Source: Chthoniobacteraceae bacterium
Lineage (GTDB): Bacteria > Verrucomicrobiota > Verrucomicrobiia > Chthoniobacterales > Chthoniobacteraceae
NCBI GenBank assembly: GCA_037190965.1
Contig: JBBCKI010000004.1
Coordinates: 63,786 to 127,785 of the forward strand
Direction of reading: 5' to 3'
Length of the DNA: 64,000 nucleotides
A program made the position numbers and the translations under genes. Positions 30,156 through 40,269 of the stretch are shown here, one piece after another. How positions within the stretch are numbered: the first letter of the stretch is position 1; the number at the start of each line of letters is the position of its first letter. The notes beneath the pieces are model-generated. The model was not told the DNA's origin and did no database searches. It worked only from the letters and a program-made list of their open reading frames with translations.

Positions 30156-31294
30156 GCGCGTCCTCGCCGTCCTCCCCCTCCTCGTCATGGGACGCCATTG
30201 TGGTCGGCGGCGGGTTCTTTGGCGCTTCGATCGCCCTTCTTCTTCGGGAGCAGGGGCTCTCCGTCCTCGTGGTCGAGCGAGGGAAAGAACTGATGACCCG
30301 AGCCTCGTACAACAATCAGGCGCGGGTCCACGGCGGTTATCATTACCCGCGGAGCCTGATGACCGCGATCCGCTCCCGCATCAACTTCCCCCGTTTCGCG
30401 GCGGAGTACGCGACGTGCATCCATAGCGATTTCGAAAAGTATTACGCAGTAGGAAAAACCGGTTCGAAGGTCTCGGCCCGGCAGTTTGTCAGTTTCATGC
30501 AGAGGATCGGCGCACCGCTCGACAAGCCGCCCGCGCACATTACCAAACTCTTCAACCCCAATCTGATCGAGGCGGTCTTTACCGCCCGCGAGTATGCCTT
30601 CGACGCTACCAAACTGGCGGCCTTGACGGCATGCCGCCTTCACGAGGCCAAAGTCCCCGTCTGGTTTGAGACCGAGGCCGACGCCGTGCGAAGGGCGCCC
30701 TCGGGAAGACTCGCGCTGGATCTCCACCAGAAAGGCAGTCGCGAAACACAGGAACCACGCTGGGTCTTCAACTGCACCTACAGCCAGATCAATCGCATCA
30801 ACGTCAACTCCTGCCTCCCCATCGTCCCCCTGCGCCACGAATTGACGGAGTTGGCCCTCGTAGAGCCGCCTCCCGTTCTGGCCAACGTGGGGATCACCGT
30901 GATGTGCGGCCCCTTCTTTTCGTTGATGCCCTTCCCCGCCCGCAGGCTGCACACGCTCAGCCACGTCCGCTATACACCTCACTGCGCGTGGGCGGATGAA
31001 TCGGACTCCCCCTACACGCCCCCCTTCGAGCGGTTCGATGGCATGGAAAAGAAAACCGCGTTCCATTACATGGTGCGGGATTCGATGCGGCTCATGCCGT
31101 GCCTCTCCGAATGCGTCTATAAAGATTCCCTTTGGGAGGTGAAGACCACGCTCCCCCTGAGCGACACTGACGACGGACGCCCCATCCTTTTCCGCCCCAG
31201 CGAAGAACTTCCCGGCTTGGTTCACGTGATGGGCGGAAAAATTGACAACATCTACGATCTCCCCCAAGAATTGGAAGCCCTTATCAACAGGTAA
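30152..31294 (+). CDS. FAD-dependent oxidoreductase
   Basis: VVGGGFFG dinucleotide motif, ASYNNQARVHGGYHYPRS, GGKID. Confidence 0.85.
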   Translation: MSASSPSSPSSSWDAIVVGGGFFGASIALLLREQGLSVLVVERGKELMTRASYNNQARVHGGYHYPRSLMTAIRSRINFPRFAAEYATCIHSDFEKYYAVGKTGSKVSARQFVSFMQRIGAPLDKPPAHITKLFNPNLIEAVFTAREYAFDATKLAALTACRLHEAKVPVWFETEADAVRRAPSGRLALDLHQKGSRETQEPRWVFNCTYSQINRINVNSCLPIVPLRHELTELALVEPPPVLANVGITVMCGPFFSLMPFPARRLHTLSHVRYTPHCAWADESDSPYTPPFERFDGMEKKTAFHYMVRDSMRLMPCLSECVYKDSLWEVKTTLPLSDTDDGRPILFRPSEELPGLVHVMGGKIDNIYDLPQELEALINR

Positions 31295-31300
31295 AAAGCG

Positions 31301-32293
31301 TTGGACCCCAATCTCGTCATCTCCGTTGTCGCGCCTGTTTATAACATGGCGGGAATCCTCGAACCCTTTTTGGAGGATGTCGTCCGCGCACTGGAACCCA
31401 ATTACAAGTTCTACGAGATCATCCTCATCGATGACGGGTCATCCGACTCAACCCCGGCGGTTGTGGAGCAACTGCTGAAGCGGTTTCAACGCGTCCGGTA
31501 TCTCCGGCTTTCCCGGCATTTCGGTTCGGAAGTGGCCATCTCGGCCGGGCTCGACTCCTCCATTGGCGACTTTACCGTGGTGGCTTCGCCGGAATCCGAC
31601 CCGTGCGGCATGATCCCCGACCTGGTCACGGCGGTCCGGCGTTCGGGCGGAATCCTCACCGGCGTAACGACGGGGCGCAAGAACCGAAGCCTTCCCGCGC
31701 GGCTCGCAGCATCGGCCTTTCATACCTATTGCCGAAGGTATCTGGGCCTTGATTTCAAGGAGAACTCCACCGATTTCCGGGTGCTGAGCCGCCAGGCCGT
31801 CAATGCCATCACCCAGATCAAGGACCGCCGCCGCCATCTCAGGCTGTTCACCAACACGGTAGGGTACGATTTGCAGTATTTCGAGTACACGCCGATCCAA
31901 CGCTCCGGGGCGAGTACCCGCACCGGTTTTTTCAAGGAGGCGAATCAGGCCATCGATCTTGTGATCGCAAGCAGCCCGCATCCGTTGCGTTTTGCAAGCC
32001 GCCTGGGGCTGATCGCCAGCATGCTCAATGCCTTCTATATCGCCTATATCGTGGGCGTCTATCTCTTCAAAGCGCATGTCGCCGAAGGGTGGGTCACCAC
32101 CTCAATGAGCATCAGCGTGATGTTCTTCTTCCTTTTTGTACTGCTGGCGATTCTCTGCGAATACGTCGGCAGACTCCTGGAAGAAGTGCAGGGGCGGCCC
32201 CTCTATTTCATCGGCCAGGAAAAGAACAGCTCCGTCCTGCTGGAGCATCAGGTAAAAGGGAACGTCGTCAATGTCTCAACCGAACGGGTTTGA
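31301..32293 (+). CDS. GT2 polyprenyl-phosphate glycosyltransferase (GtrB/ArnC-like)
   Basis: ISVVAPVYN, IDDGSSD, DFRVLSR, two C-terminal TM helices; the DxD position reads ASPESD. Confidence 0.82.
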   Translation: MDPNLVISVVAPVYNMAGILEPFLEDVVRALEPNYKFYEIILIDDGSSDSTPAVVEQLLKRFQRVRYLRLSRHFGSEVAISAGLDSSIGDFTVVASPESDPCGMIPDLVTAVRRSGGILTGVTTGRKNRSLPARLAASAFHTYCRRYLGLDFKENSTDFRVLSRQAVNAITQIKDRRRHLRLFTNTVGYDLQYFEYTPIQRSGASTRTGFFKEANQAIDLVIASSPHPLRFASRLGLIASMLNAFYIAYIVGVYLFKAHVAEGWVTTSMSISVMFFFLFVLLAILCEYVGRLLEEVQGRPLYFIGQEKNSSVLLEHQVKGNVVNVSTERV

Positions 32294-33086
32294 TTTTCCT
32301 GCCGGGTGGCAGGTCCCCACCTTCGAAGTCCCCTTCTGCCGGAAGAAACGCAACCGCCATGCGGTTTGCATCTTCGTCATCAACGAAGGCGAAAAAGTTC
32401 GCAAACAGTTGCGGGCCATGGCTTCGCTTTCCGAGAGCGTCGATATCATCGTGGCGGACGGCGGCAGCATGGACGGTTCTTTCGACGGAGGCATTCTGGC
32501 GGACTGCGGAGCCCGCGCGCTCCTCGTCAAAACCGGCGAAGGTAAACTGAGCGCCCAGATGCGGATGGCCCTCGCCTTTGCCATGCAAGACGGATACGAG
32601 GGAGTGATCACCATCGACGGCAACGGCAAGGACGGCATCGAGGCGATTCCCGAATTCAGCCGGCAGCTCGACGCCGGTTACGACCACATCCAGGGATCGC
32701 GCTTCATCAAGGGGGGCCGCCATGAAAACACTCCCCTCTCCCGACTTCTCGGGGTGAAGCTTCTCCACGCCCCCCTGATCAGCCTCTCGGCGGGCTTCCG
32801 ATACACCGATACAACCAACGGCTTCAGGGGTTACAGCCGGAGATTTCTGCTTCACGATCACGTCCAGCCTTTTCGAGACGTCTTCTCGCGCTACGAACTG
32901 CACTACTATCTGGCCATCCGGGCCGCGCAGCTTGGCTTCCGCGTCTGCGAGTTGCCCGTAAGCCGCTGTTATCCCGGCAACGGGCCGGTGCCCACCAAGA
33001 TCAAGGGGCTCGCAGGGAACTCCCTTGTCCTCAAGACGTTGTTCCGGGCGGTATTCCGCCGGTACGACCCGCCCCGCGCAACATGA
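32271..33086 (+). CDS. GT2 glycosyltransferase (Dol-P-Man synthase-like)
   Basis: ADGGSMDG, IDGNGKD, QGSRF, TDTTNGFR. Confidence 0.85.
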   Translation: MSQPNGFDFPAGWQVPTFEVPFCRKKRNRHAVCIFVINEGEKVRKQLRAMASLSESVDIIVADGGSMDGSFDGGILADCGARALLVKTGEGKLSAQMRMALAFAMQDGYEGVITIDGNGKDGIEAIPEFSRQLDAGYDHIQGSRFIKGGRHENTPLSRLLGVKLLHAPLISLSAGFRYTDTTNGFRGYSRRFLLHDHVQPFRDVFSRYELHYYLAIRAAQLGFRVCELPVSRCYPGNGPVPTKIKGLAGNSLVLKTLFRAVFRRYDPPRAT

Positions 33087-33193
33087 ACCGGCCGGATGCG
33101 AGCCAAGCGATTTCCGGGCAAAACTGGGCCATGTTCGAGTTGGAATCCGAAACGGTTTGAGGCAATCTATGGCACCCCCCAATTTTACTTCGG

Positions 33194-34945
33194 ATGTCTG
33201 AGCCCCTGACCAGCCCGTCTATCCCTCTCCCAGCCCACACCCTGAGCACGTGGCGGCTTTTCAGGCTGATGATGTGGGTGCACTGGAGGACCTTCATGGC
33301 CCAGGTGCGAAGCGTCCGCAAGAAGTCGCCCATGCTTCTCACCGTTCTGGCCGGGTTCATCCTCGGCTATCTGGTGATGGGGTACTGGCTCTTCAAGGCC
33401 GGGCTCGGCTACCTCTACAATTTTCCGCTGATCGGCGCGCTTCTCTCGCAACGGATCGTCTTCCTGGTCTTCAGTTGCTTTTTCGTAATGCTGATTTTCT
33501 CGAATTTGATCATCGGCTACTCGACCCTCTTCAAAAACCGGGAAACCGCCTGGCTGCTCACGCTCCCGCTGCGGCACCGGGATGTTTACCGGTGGAAATT
33601 CCTGGAAGGCCTCGTCGTTTCCAGTTGGGCGCTGATCTTCCTGAGCGCGCCGATGATGCTCGCCTACGGAAGGGTGCACTCGGTCTCGCCCCTGTTCTAC
33701 GGGCAGGTCGCGGCCGCCTATGTCCCCTTCGTGATCATCCCGGGCATGCTCGGTTCGTGGCTGATCCTCGCCTTCGTGCATGTCATCACGCGCGTTTGGG
33801 TCAAGCGGGTATTGATGATTCTGGGGGCATGCCTGCTGGCGTGGATGATCGTGGAGATCAAGCCGGTGGACGGAGCCGACGCCGTCTCCGCCTACGAGGT
33901 GCTCTCCTTCGACAAGCTGCTCCAGCATACGCGAATCAGCCAGCACATGCTCCTGCCCAGCTCCTGGCTGGCGCAGACCGTCCTGGCGTGCAGCGACGAA
34001 TTGACCCGCCAGGGGGCGTTCTTCTTCTGCGTCCTCCTGAGCAACGCGCTGATGGGAATGCTGATCTCCTTCGGCATTACCGACCGTTTCTTTTATTCGA
34101 GCTGGTCCACCGCGTTGAGTTCCCGCGCCGAGCGATTCCTGCGCGAAGCGGAATCAAAGCGCCGCCGCTACACCCGGCCGACCGTCCTGGAATGGATGGT
34201 CAATCACGTCCCCGGCCTCTCCCAGCCGATGAAAGCCCTCGTGCTCAAGGATGCCCGGCTTTTCTGGCGCGACCCCGCCCAATGGACCCAGTTCATGATC
34301 TTTTTCGGGCTGCTCTGCATCTACGTCATCAACCTGCGCAACGTCGCCTTCAATTTCCAGAACCTCTACTGGGAAACGCTCATCTCCTACCTGAACCTCG
34401 CCGCCTCCGCGCTCACCCTCTCCACCCTGACCACCCGGTTTGTCTTCCCCCAGTTCAGCCTCGAAGGACGGCGGCTCTGGATTGTCGGCCTCGCCCCCGT
34501 GGGATTGCGAAAGGTGATCCTGCAGAAATTCTGGAGCAGCGTCATCGTCTCCAGCAGCATGACCGTCACCCTCATGGTCTCCAGCAGCCTGATGCTTAAT
34601 CTCGCCTGGTCCAAGGTGCTATTCTTCGCTCTGGCGATCACCCTGCTGAGCGCCTCTCTCTCCGGGCTGGCGGTTGGCCTCGGGGCTGTTTTCCCCAATA
34701 TGAAGGAGGATAACCCGAGCAAAATCGTCAGCGGCTTCGGGGGCACCCTCTGTCTGGCGGTGAGTTTCATCTACATCACCGGCTTCGTGACGCTCACCGC
34801 GATCCCTGCATTGGAGGAGGTCATGAACACCCCGCTCCCCATCCGGGGCGACATTGCCCTGGCCAGCGCATTTGTCATGAGCGTCGTAATTCTCTTTGCG
34901 CCGATGATTCTAGCGCTACGGCGTGTGAAAAATCTGGAGTTTTAG
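33194..34945 (+). CDS. Putative ABC exporter permease subunit
   Basis: Many TM helices, KDARLFWRD, FSLEG motif. Confidence 0.75.
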   Translation: MSEPLTSPSIPLPAHTLSTWRLFRLMMWVHWRTFMAQVRSVRKKSPMLLTVLAGFILGYLVMGYWLFKAGLGYLYNFPLIGALLSQRIVFLVFSCFFVMLIFSNLIIGYSTLFKNRETAWLLTLPLRHRDVYRWKFLEGLVVSSWALIFLSAPMMLAYGRVHSVSPLFYGQVAAAYVPFVIIPGMLGSWLILAFVHVITRVWVKRVLMILGACLLAWMIVEIKPVDGADAVSAYEVLSFDKLLQHTRISQHMLLPSSWLAQTVLACSDELTRQGAFFFCVLLSNALMGMLISFGITDRFFYSSWSTALSSRAERFLREAESKRRRYTRPTVLEWMVNHVPGLSQPMKALVLKDARLFWRDPAQWTQFMIFFGLLCIYVINLRNVAFNFQNLYWETLISYLNLAASALTLSTLTTRFVFPQFSLEGRRLWIVGLAPVGLRKVILQKFWSSVIVSSSMTVTLMVSSSLMLNLAWSKVLFFALAITLLSASLSGLAVGLGAVFPNMKEDNPSKIVSGFGGTLCLAVSFIYITGFVTLTAIPALEEVMNTPLPIRGDIALASAFVMSVVILFAPMILALRRVKNLEF

Positions 34946-34999
34946 CCTCGGCCCCGTAGAATCGGCGACGCTTCCTCCGCGCCACCTTTTCTCTCGCAC

Positions 35000-35587
35000 G
35001 TGAAACCATCCGAGCCTTACCTCGATCTTCCTGAAGACGATCTCTCCACTGAGCAACTGGACATGCAGGTCCAGAAAGCTCAGGACCAATTGCTGTCGCT
35101 CAAGCGTCAGCAGGAGTTGATCGAAAAGCAGAAGCGGGAACTCGAAGAACTCAGTCGTCGGCAGGATCAGCTCCAGCAGGGCCGCGCAGAGATGATCGAA
35201 AAGTTTACCCGCACGGCGGTCGTGCTCGAACGGGAAACTTTCGAGGCACAAAAGCGTGTCGAACAGCTTCGCGACATCCAGGACGCCTTCTCGCAGCACT
35301 ACCATGTCATGGAGTCCATCAACCCCAAGAGCTGGGAAGGGAGCGATCTGAACCGTGAATTGAGCAAGGCTTTGAGCGCCGTGGACGATGCCCGCGCTGA
35401 ATACGCCAAGTGCCTCCCGAAGATTCAACCCGAAGCGCCCATCGAGGCCGCCACGGGCTCCGACGACGGGGCCTATGGAACCGTTGCGGAACACGACTTT
35501 GCCTATTGGCTCAAAAGCGGCTTCGCTTTCACCCTCCCGTTAACCCTCCTCGGTGTGATCTTCTTGTTGGTTTCTCTCCTGCGCTGA
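35000..35587 (+). CDS. Coiled-coil protein with C-terminal TM helix
   Basis: Q/E/K-rich heptads, hydrophobic tail. Confidence 0.7.
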   Translation: MKPSEPYLDLPEDDLSTEQLDMQVQKAQDQLLSLKRQQELIEKQKRELEELSRRQDQLQQGRAEMIEKFTRTAVVLERETFEAQKRVEQLRDIQDAFSQHYHVMESINPKSWEGSDLNRELSKALSAVDDARAEYAKCLPKIQPEAPIEAATGSDDGAYGTVAEHDFAYWLKSGFAFTLPLTLLGVIFLLVSLLR

Positions 35588-35588
35588 T

Positions 35589-35966
35589 ATGTTTAACCCG
35601 CGCAAAAATTCTTCCAGATCGGCAAGATCGGCAACGCCTCTCGACCGCAAGCAAGAAGCCTTGCGCGAAAAGGAAGAGCAGCTCAAGCAAGCCGCTGAGC
35701 AGCTCCAAAAGCTGATCTCGGAAGCGCCGCGCCTTCGCGAGGAGCAAACCCGCCGCCGCCGCGCGCAACTTGCCAGCGATACGCGCCTATCGAAGACCGC
35801 CTTGGTGGATATCCGCTACAATGCCTCCGCGACGGCGAACCCCTCCTTTGGGCAACGCCGCCTGCGCTCCGAGAAGCGGGACGGAAAGTTCCTCTTCATC
35901 TTTCTCTGCATTGTCTTCCTCGTCCTGATCGCCTGGGTCTCCAGGCTGGTGATGGCGCATCTTTAG
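35589..35966 (+). CDS. Hypothetical coiled-coil membrane protein
   Basis: Starts directly after the previous gene; C-terminal TM helix. Confidence 0.65.
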   Translation: MFNPRKNSSRSARSATPLDRKQEALREKEEQLKQAAEQLQKLISEAPRLREEQTRRRRAQLASDTRLSKTALVDIRYNASATANPSFGQRRLRSEKRDGKFLFIFLCIVFLVLIAWVSRLVMAHL

Positions 35967-36089
35967 GATGCCATTGAAAACCTCCGGCGAAGCCAGAGGC
36001 TTCAAAACGAACCCTTCGTTTTCTCCAGAACGTAGGCCATCATGTCGAACGGAGTTTTCACTGGAATTCGAAGGCACTCCCTGCGCGTC

Positions 36090-36189
36090 AAAGCGGCGGA
36101 AACCGCCGCACTCCACGACGCTGCCGCGTTCCATCATGCGCGATGCAGTCGCGACAGCGTCTTGGACTGCTGCGGTTCTCCGCAGCTTT
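36090..36189. repeat. REP-like inverted doublet (AAAGCGGCGG...GCACTCCA family)
   Basis: 36090-36128 inverted with 36150-36189; compensatory changes in the internal hairpin. Confidence 0.75.
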
Positions 36190-36255
36190 CAAGCTTGGAT
36201 CGCTTCCCCCTTCAACTCCCCTGTCTACGAGAGGCGTCCATCCGAACCAACCTCT

Positions 36256-36651
36256 CTACGCAGAGGGCAACTCCGAGGTGCAATGCGGGCAACGGGTCGC
36301 CTTGGGCGAAATGGCCGTTATGCAATAAGGACACTCCCGGGTTGGGACTACCGGAGCCGGCTGCCGGAGGCGATTTACGGCACGCACAACCAGAAAGATC
36401 GCAAAGGCGACGATCGTGAACTGGATGACGTGATTAATGAAAGAACCGAGCTTGATGACCGTCCCCCCACCCAAGGCGAGGTTGAAATCATCGAACGTCT
36501 TGGCATCCGGCTGAATCAGAGCCAGAGGCGGGGTGATCACATCGGCCACCAGTGAGTTAACCACGGCGGTGAAGGCGGCACCGATCACGATACCGACCGC
36601 CATATCGAGAACGTTTCCTTTGAGGGCGAATTCTTTGAAATCCTTGAGCAT
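36256..36651 (-). CDS. mscL: Large-conductance mechanosensitive channel
   Basis: [24 protein letters not shown]-terminal CPYC...CPHC. Confidence 0.95.
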   Translation of the reverse strand: MLKDFKEFALKGNVLDMAVGIVIGAAFTAVVNSLVADVITPPLALIQPDAKTFDDFNLALGGGTVIKLGSFINHVIQFTIVAFAIFLVVRAVNRLRQPAPVVPTRECPYCITAISPKATRCPHCTSELPSA

Positions 36652-36720
36652 GGCGCTTTCTACCATGCCCAAGGAAAATCAAACAATCTTAAAGGGCTTT
36701 GCACCCCTTGGGGAGTAAAC

Positions 36721-37731
36721 CTACTCGCGACCAACCGCTTTCGCCACCGCGCGGACGCGGGTCACGAGATCGGCGAATTCGCCCGGCAGAAGCGCCTGTT
36801 CACCGTCGCTCTTTGCGAGCTCGGGCGAATTATGGACTTCCACCATCAACGCGTCAGCCCCGGCTGCGACGGACGCGAGCGCCATGGCGGCGACGTGTTC
36901 CCGCAGGCCGACCCCGTGCGTCGGATCCACGACGATCGGGAGGTGCGTCTCGGCCCTGAGCACCGGGACGGCGTTCAGGTCGAGGGTGTTGCGCGTGTAG
37001 GTCTCAAACGTCCGGATGCCGCGTTCGCAGAGCATCACGTTGAAATTGCCTTCGCTGAGAATGTACTCGGCGCTCATGAGCAGATCCTTGATGGTCGCGC
37101 TCATACCGCGCTTGAGCATGACGGGGAGCTTGCTGCGCCCGACATCCTTGAGCAGCGAGAAGTTCTGCATGTTGCGCGCGCCGATCTGCAAACAGTCGGC
37201 GTACTGCTCGACGGCGGCGAGATCCTTCGAGTCCATGATCTCGGTAATGATGGGAAGCCCCGTCGCCTCGCGGGCTTCAGCCAGCAGCTTGAGCCCGTCG
37301 ACGCCCAACCCCTGGAAGGAGTAAGGTGACGTGCGGGGTTTGAAAGCGCCGCCACGCAGGATGGTGGCCCCTGCTTTCTTCACCTCGCAGGCAATGGAAA
37401 TGATCTGCTCGCGGCTTTCGACGGAACAAGGGCCGCTCATCACCACGATCTCCGGACCCCCGACGGACACGCCGCCGATGTTGACTGGGCTCCGGGTGCC
37501 ACGGAATTCATGAGCGACCAATTTATACGGCTTGAGCACGGGAGTGACCGACTCGACGCCAGGAATGGCGGCCAGCGGTTTTTCACGAATCAAGTCTTCG
37601 GGCCCAATCACACCGATGACGACGCGGACTGCCCCGCGGCTCACCTCGGTACGCAGGCCCCACTCATGGATGCGATCGACGATATGATCGATCTGCTCGT
37701 CGGTGGCATCTGGTTTGGTGATGATGATCAT
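36721..37731 (-). CDS. aroF: DAHP synthase (type I-beta, N-terminal ACT-like domain)
   Basis: [36 protein letters not shown]. Confidence 0.95.
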   Translation of the reverse strand: MIIITKPDATDEQIDHIVDRIHEWGLRTEVSRGAVRVVIGVIGPEDLIREKPLAAIPGVESVTPVLKPYKLVAHEFRGTRSPVNIGGVSVGGPEIVVMSGPCSVESREQIISIACEVKKAGATILRGGAFKPRTSPYSFQGLGVDGLKLLAEAREATGLPIITEIMDSKDLAAVEQYADCLQIGARNMQNFSLLKDVGRSKLPVMLKRGMSATIKDLLMSAEYILSEGNFNVMLCERGIRTFETYTRNTLDLNAVPVLRAETHLPIVVDPTHGVGLREHVAAMALASVAAGADALMVEVHNSPELAKSDGEQALLPGEFADLVTRVRAVAKAVGRE

Positions 37732-37926
37732 AACTGAAAGGGTGTCGAACTTACGTGGGACTGTTTTGGCGGCAAAGCTTTTTTCCCCGGTTTTTTTCAA
37801 ACCCGGCAAATTGCCCCGGATCGCCGCAAGTTCAGGTTAAAAATCCGGGCAATCCGCGTTCCCCCGAGCTCCTCAACGGGGTTTTTGCGTGACAGGAACA
37901 GGGGGATTCTGTTCCGATCTGCCCCC

Positions 37927-38067
37927 GTGAAAATTGCCCTCCTGCTCTTCCTCCCCATCGTCGCCGTGACGTTCTCCTCGTGCAATACCCTCGCCAACCG
38001 CCGGGACATGTTTGTCCCGGACGTTCACGAAGGTCCTTACACGAAGCAATTGCGCGGACGGGAGTAA
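37927..38067 (+). CDS. Small putative lipoprotein
   Basis: MKIALLLFLPIVAVTFSS|C lipobox-like signal. Confidence 0.5.
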   Translation: MKIALLLFLPIVAVTFSSCNTLANRRDMFVPDVHEGPYTKQLRGRE

Positions 38068-38103
38068 TCCTCCTCTAAATCCCTCATAGGGTCTTTAGGC
38101 CCC

Positions 38104-39039
38104 TTAACCCTTCAAGGCGGCGACCGCCGCCTGAAGGCTCGGGACGTCGGACACGGAAAGGATCGGCGTCCCTTTACGCGTGCGGTTGAGCAGCCCGGCA
38201 AGGACCCCGCCGGGGCCGAACTCGATAAACTGATCGACTTTCTCCACGTCGATCAGCCTCTCCAGGCTCTGCGCCCAGAGGACAGTCCCCGTCACCTGCT
38301 CGCGCAAAGCGTTGCGGATCGCATCCGGGTCGGAGACCGGCTCGGCGTCGATGTTGGAGATTACCGTGAAACCCGGGGTTTGGATCTCGGTACGGTCCAG
38401 CACCTCGCCCAGCTTGAGATACGCGGAATTCATCAGCCGCGAGTGATAGGCTCCGGCGACGTTGAGCAACGTGGCGCGGCGGATGTTGAAATCTTTCGCC
38501 ACTCCGACGGCGACCGCCACTTTCGCCTCTTCCCCGGAAATCACGATCTGCCCGGGGGCATTGACATTGGCGACGTCCACATCCGTCTCCGCCGCCAATT
38601 CGCGTACATCGGCGATATCCCCGCCGATCATCGCCGCCATCGCCCCAACTGTAGAGTCACACGCCTCCTGCATGAAGGTGGCTCGTTGAGCGACGAGCGA
38701 AAGCCCGGTTTCGAAAGAAAACGTCCCGGCCGAAGCGTGGGCGGTGAATTCACCCAGGGAAAGCCCCGCAGCCGCGCAAGCAGGAAGCCCGCCCAACTCC
38801 TGCCGCAGCACTTCCAGACAGGCGTACCCATGGACAAACAGGGCGGGCTGGCAGTTGACGGTCCGGGTCAATTCCTCCGTGGGGCCTTCAAAGGCAATTT
38901 GGCTAAGAGTCCGCCCCAAAAGGGCGTCGGCGCGCTGGAATAACTCGGCGGCGACAGGATACTGCGCGGCAAGATCCTTGCCCATCCCGACCACTTGTGC
39001 GCCCTGACCGGCAAAAAGGAATGCGATACGTTTGCTCAT
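38104..39039 (-). CDS. fabD: Malonyl-CoA:ACP transacylase
   Basis: FAGQGAQ, GLSLGEF, AGAYHS, EFGPG. Confidence 0.95.
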   Translation of the reverse strand: MSKRIAFLFAGQGAQVVGMGKDLAAQYPVAAELFQRADALLGRTLSQIAFEGPTEELTRTVNCQPALFVHGYACLEVLRQELGGLPACAAAGLSLGEFTAHASAGTFSFETGLSLVAQRATFMQEACDSTVGAMAAMIGGDIADVRELAAETDVDVANVNAPGQIVISGEEAKVAVAVGVAKDFNIRRATLLNVAGAYHSRLMNSAYLKLGEVLDRTEIQTPGFTVISNIDAEPVSDPDAIRNALREQVTGTVLWAQSLERLIDVEKVDQFIEFGPGGVLAGLLNRTRKGTPILSVSDVPSLQAAVAALKG

Positions 39040-39176
39040 AAAGAAGAAAATCTCCCGCAAGTTTTGCCGAATGCCGAAGCCGGGGGCAATGGCAATATCG
39101 TCGGATTGACGGCAACCACGCGTTACAGAGTGTTCCCCAGGACGAAAACCACGCGCCGCTCGCCCGGTTTTTAGGG

Positions 39177-40244
39177 TTGAAACACCCCCCTCCTAAAGCG
39201 CATTCTGTCATCATCAGTACGCCGATTTCCATTTCACTCGCGGATCACCTCACCCCCGAAGAGCGGGAGCAGATCCTTCAAACCATCGAGATGTTTGAAT
39301 CGATCGCGCAAACCAATCCCGACGACTATCAGTCCCTGGAGATCCTGAAGGAGGCCTACTGGAAAATCGGCAGACAGGCGGAATCGCTCACCGTCACGCG
39401 GCGGCTCGCCGATACCTACATGAGGCTCGGCCAGTACTCCTCGGCCTTGCTCGAATACGAGGGGATCCTGCAGCAGAATGGCGATGCGGCGGAAGCGGAG
39501 GCGATCCAGGCCATTCTTGTCGACCTGGAAGCCAAACTTCACCCCGGGAAGCATATTGCGACCAAAACCGCCGCCATCGCCCTTGATTTCGGTGTGGATG
39601 AAGCCTTGATCGCCCTTGAAGAAACGCCCATCGGCTTGGCTGAGGACGGATCGACGGCGGCTCCCGGCCTGGAGCCGTGGCCACCCGCCGGCGAAGCTTC
39701 CAATCTGATTGCGACCTCGGCCACGAAGATGCCGAAGAACCTTGGCCGCAGACAGCTCAACGTCTCGCTGGAAACCGATGGCAACGAACCCCTCGCCAAA
39801 TTTCTGATTCAGCACCGGCTGGTCACCCACGAGATCGTCAACGCCGCTCTCGCGCGTGTCCGGCAGCGGAACAGCTCCCCGGAAGTCAAGGAGGGCCAGG
39901 CCGTCGCCGCCTCCCTCCTCAACGAAATCGCCCTCGCGGGCGTCGAAATTCAAGGGCTCCTTTCCGGAATCATCGACCGCACCAAGTTTGCCTACGCGCC
40001 GCTGGAATACTACGACGTCGACCGGCAGATCGTCAAAATGCTCCCCGAACACCTCACGCTGGGCCGCCTGATGGTTCCCTTCGACATCGTGAGCCGAACG
40101 ATGATGGTCGCCGTGGACAACCCGTTTGACGCGGGCGCGAAAACCGCCGTCCAGCAATCGGTGGACTACCACATCCAGTGGCACCTTGCTCAACCGCAGA
40201 TCCTCCAGAAGATCCTGCGCGACGTCTACCGGCTCGCGGAATAG
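39177..40244 (+). CDS. TPR-like protein with a C-terminal GspE/PilB N-domain-like region (start uncertain)
   Basis: TPR-like helices; LPEHLT...MVPF...MMVAVDNPFD resembles the N-domain of the adjacent ATPase. Confidence 0.6.
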   Translation: MKHPPPKAHSVIISTPISISLADHLTPEEREQILQTIEMFESIAQTNPDDYQSLEILKEAYWKIGRQAESLTVTRRLADTYMRLGQYSSALLEYEGILQQNGDAAEAEAIQAILVDLEAKLHPGKHIATKTAAIALDFGVDEALIALEETPIGLAEDGSTAAPGLEPWPPAGEASNLIATSATKMPKNLGRRQLNVSLETDGNEPLAKFLIQHRLVTHEIVNAALARVRQRNSSPEVKEGQAVAASLLNEIALAGVEIQGLLSGIIDRTKFAYAPLEYYDVDRQIVKMLPEHLTLGRLMVPFDIVSRTMMVAVDNPFDAGAKTAVQQSVDYHIQWHLAQPQILQKILRDVYRLAE

Positions 40245-40269
40245 TTTTTAAGATCGACCAACCCCTGCC

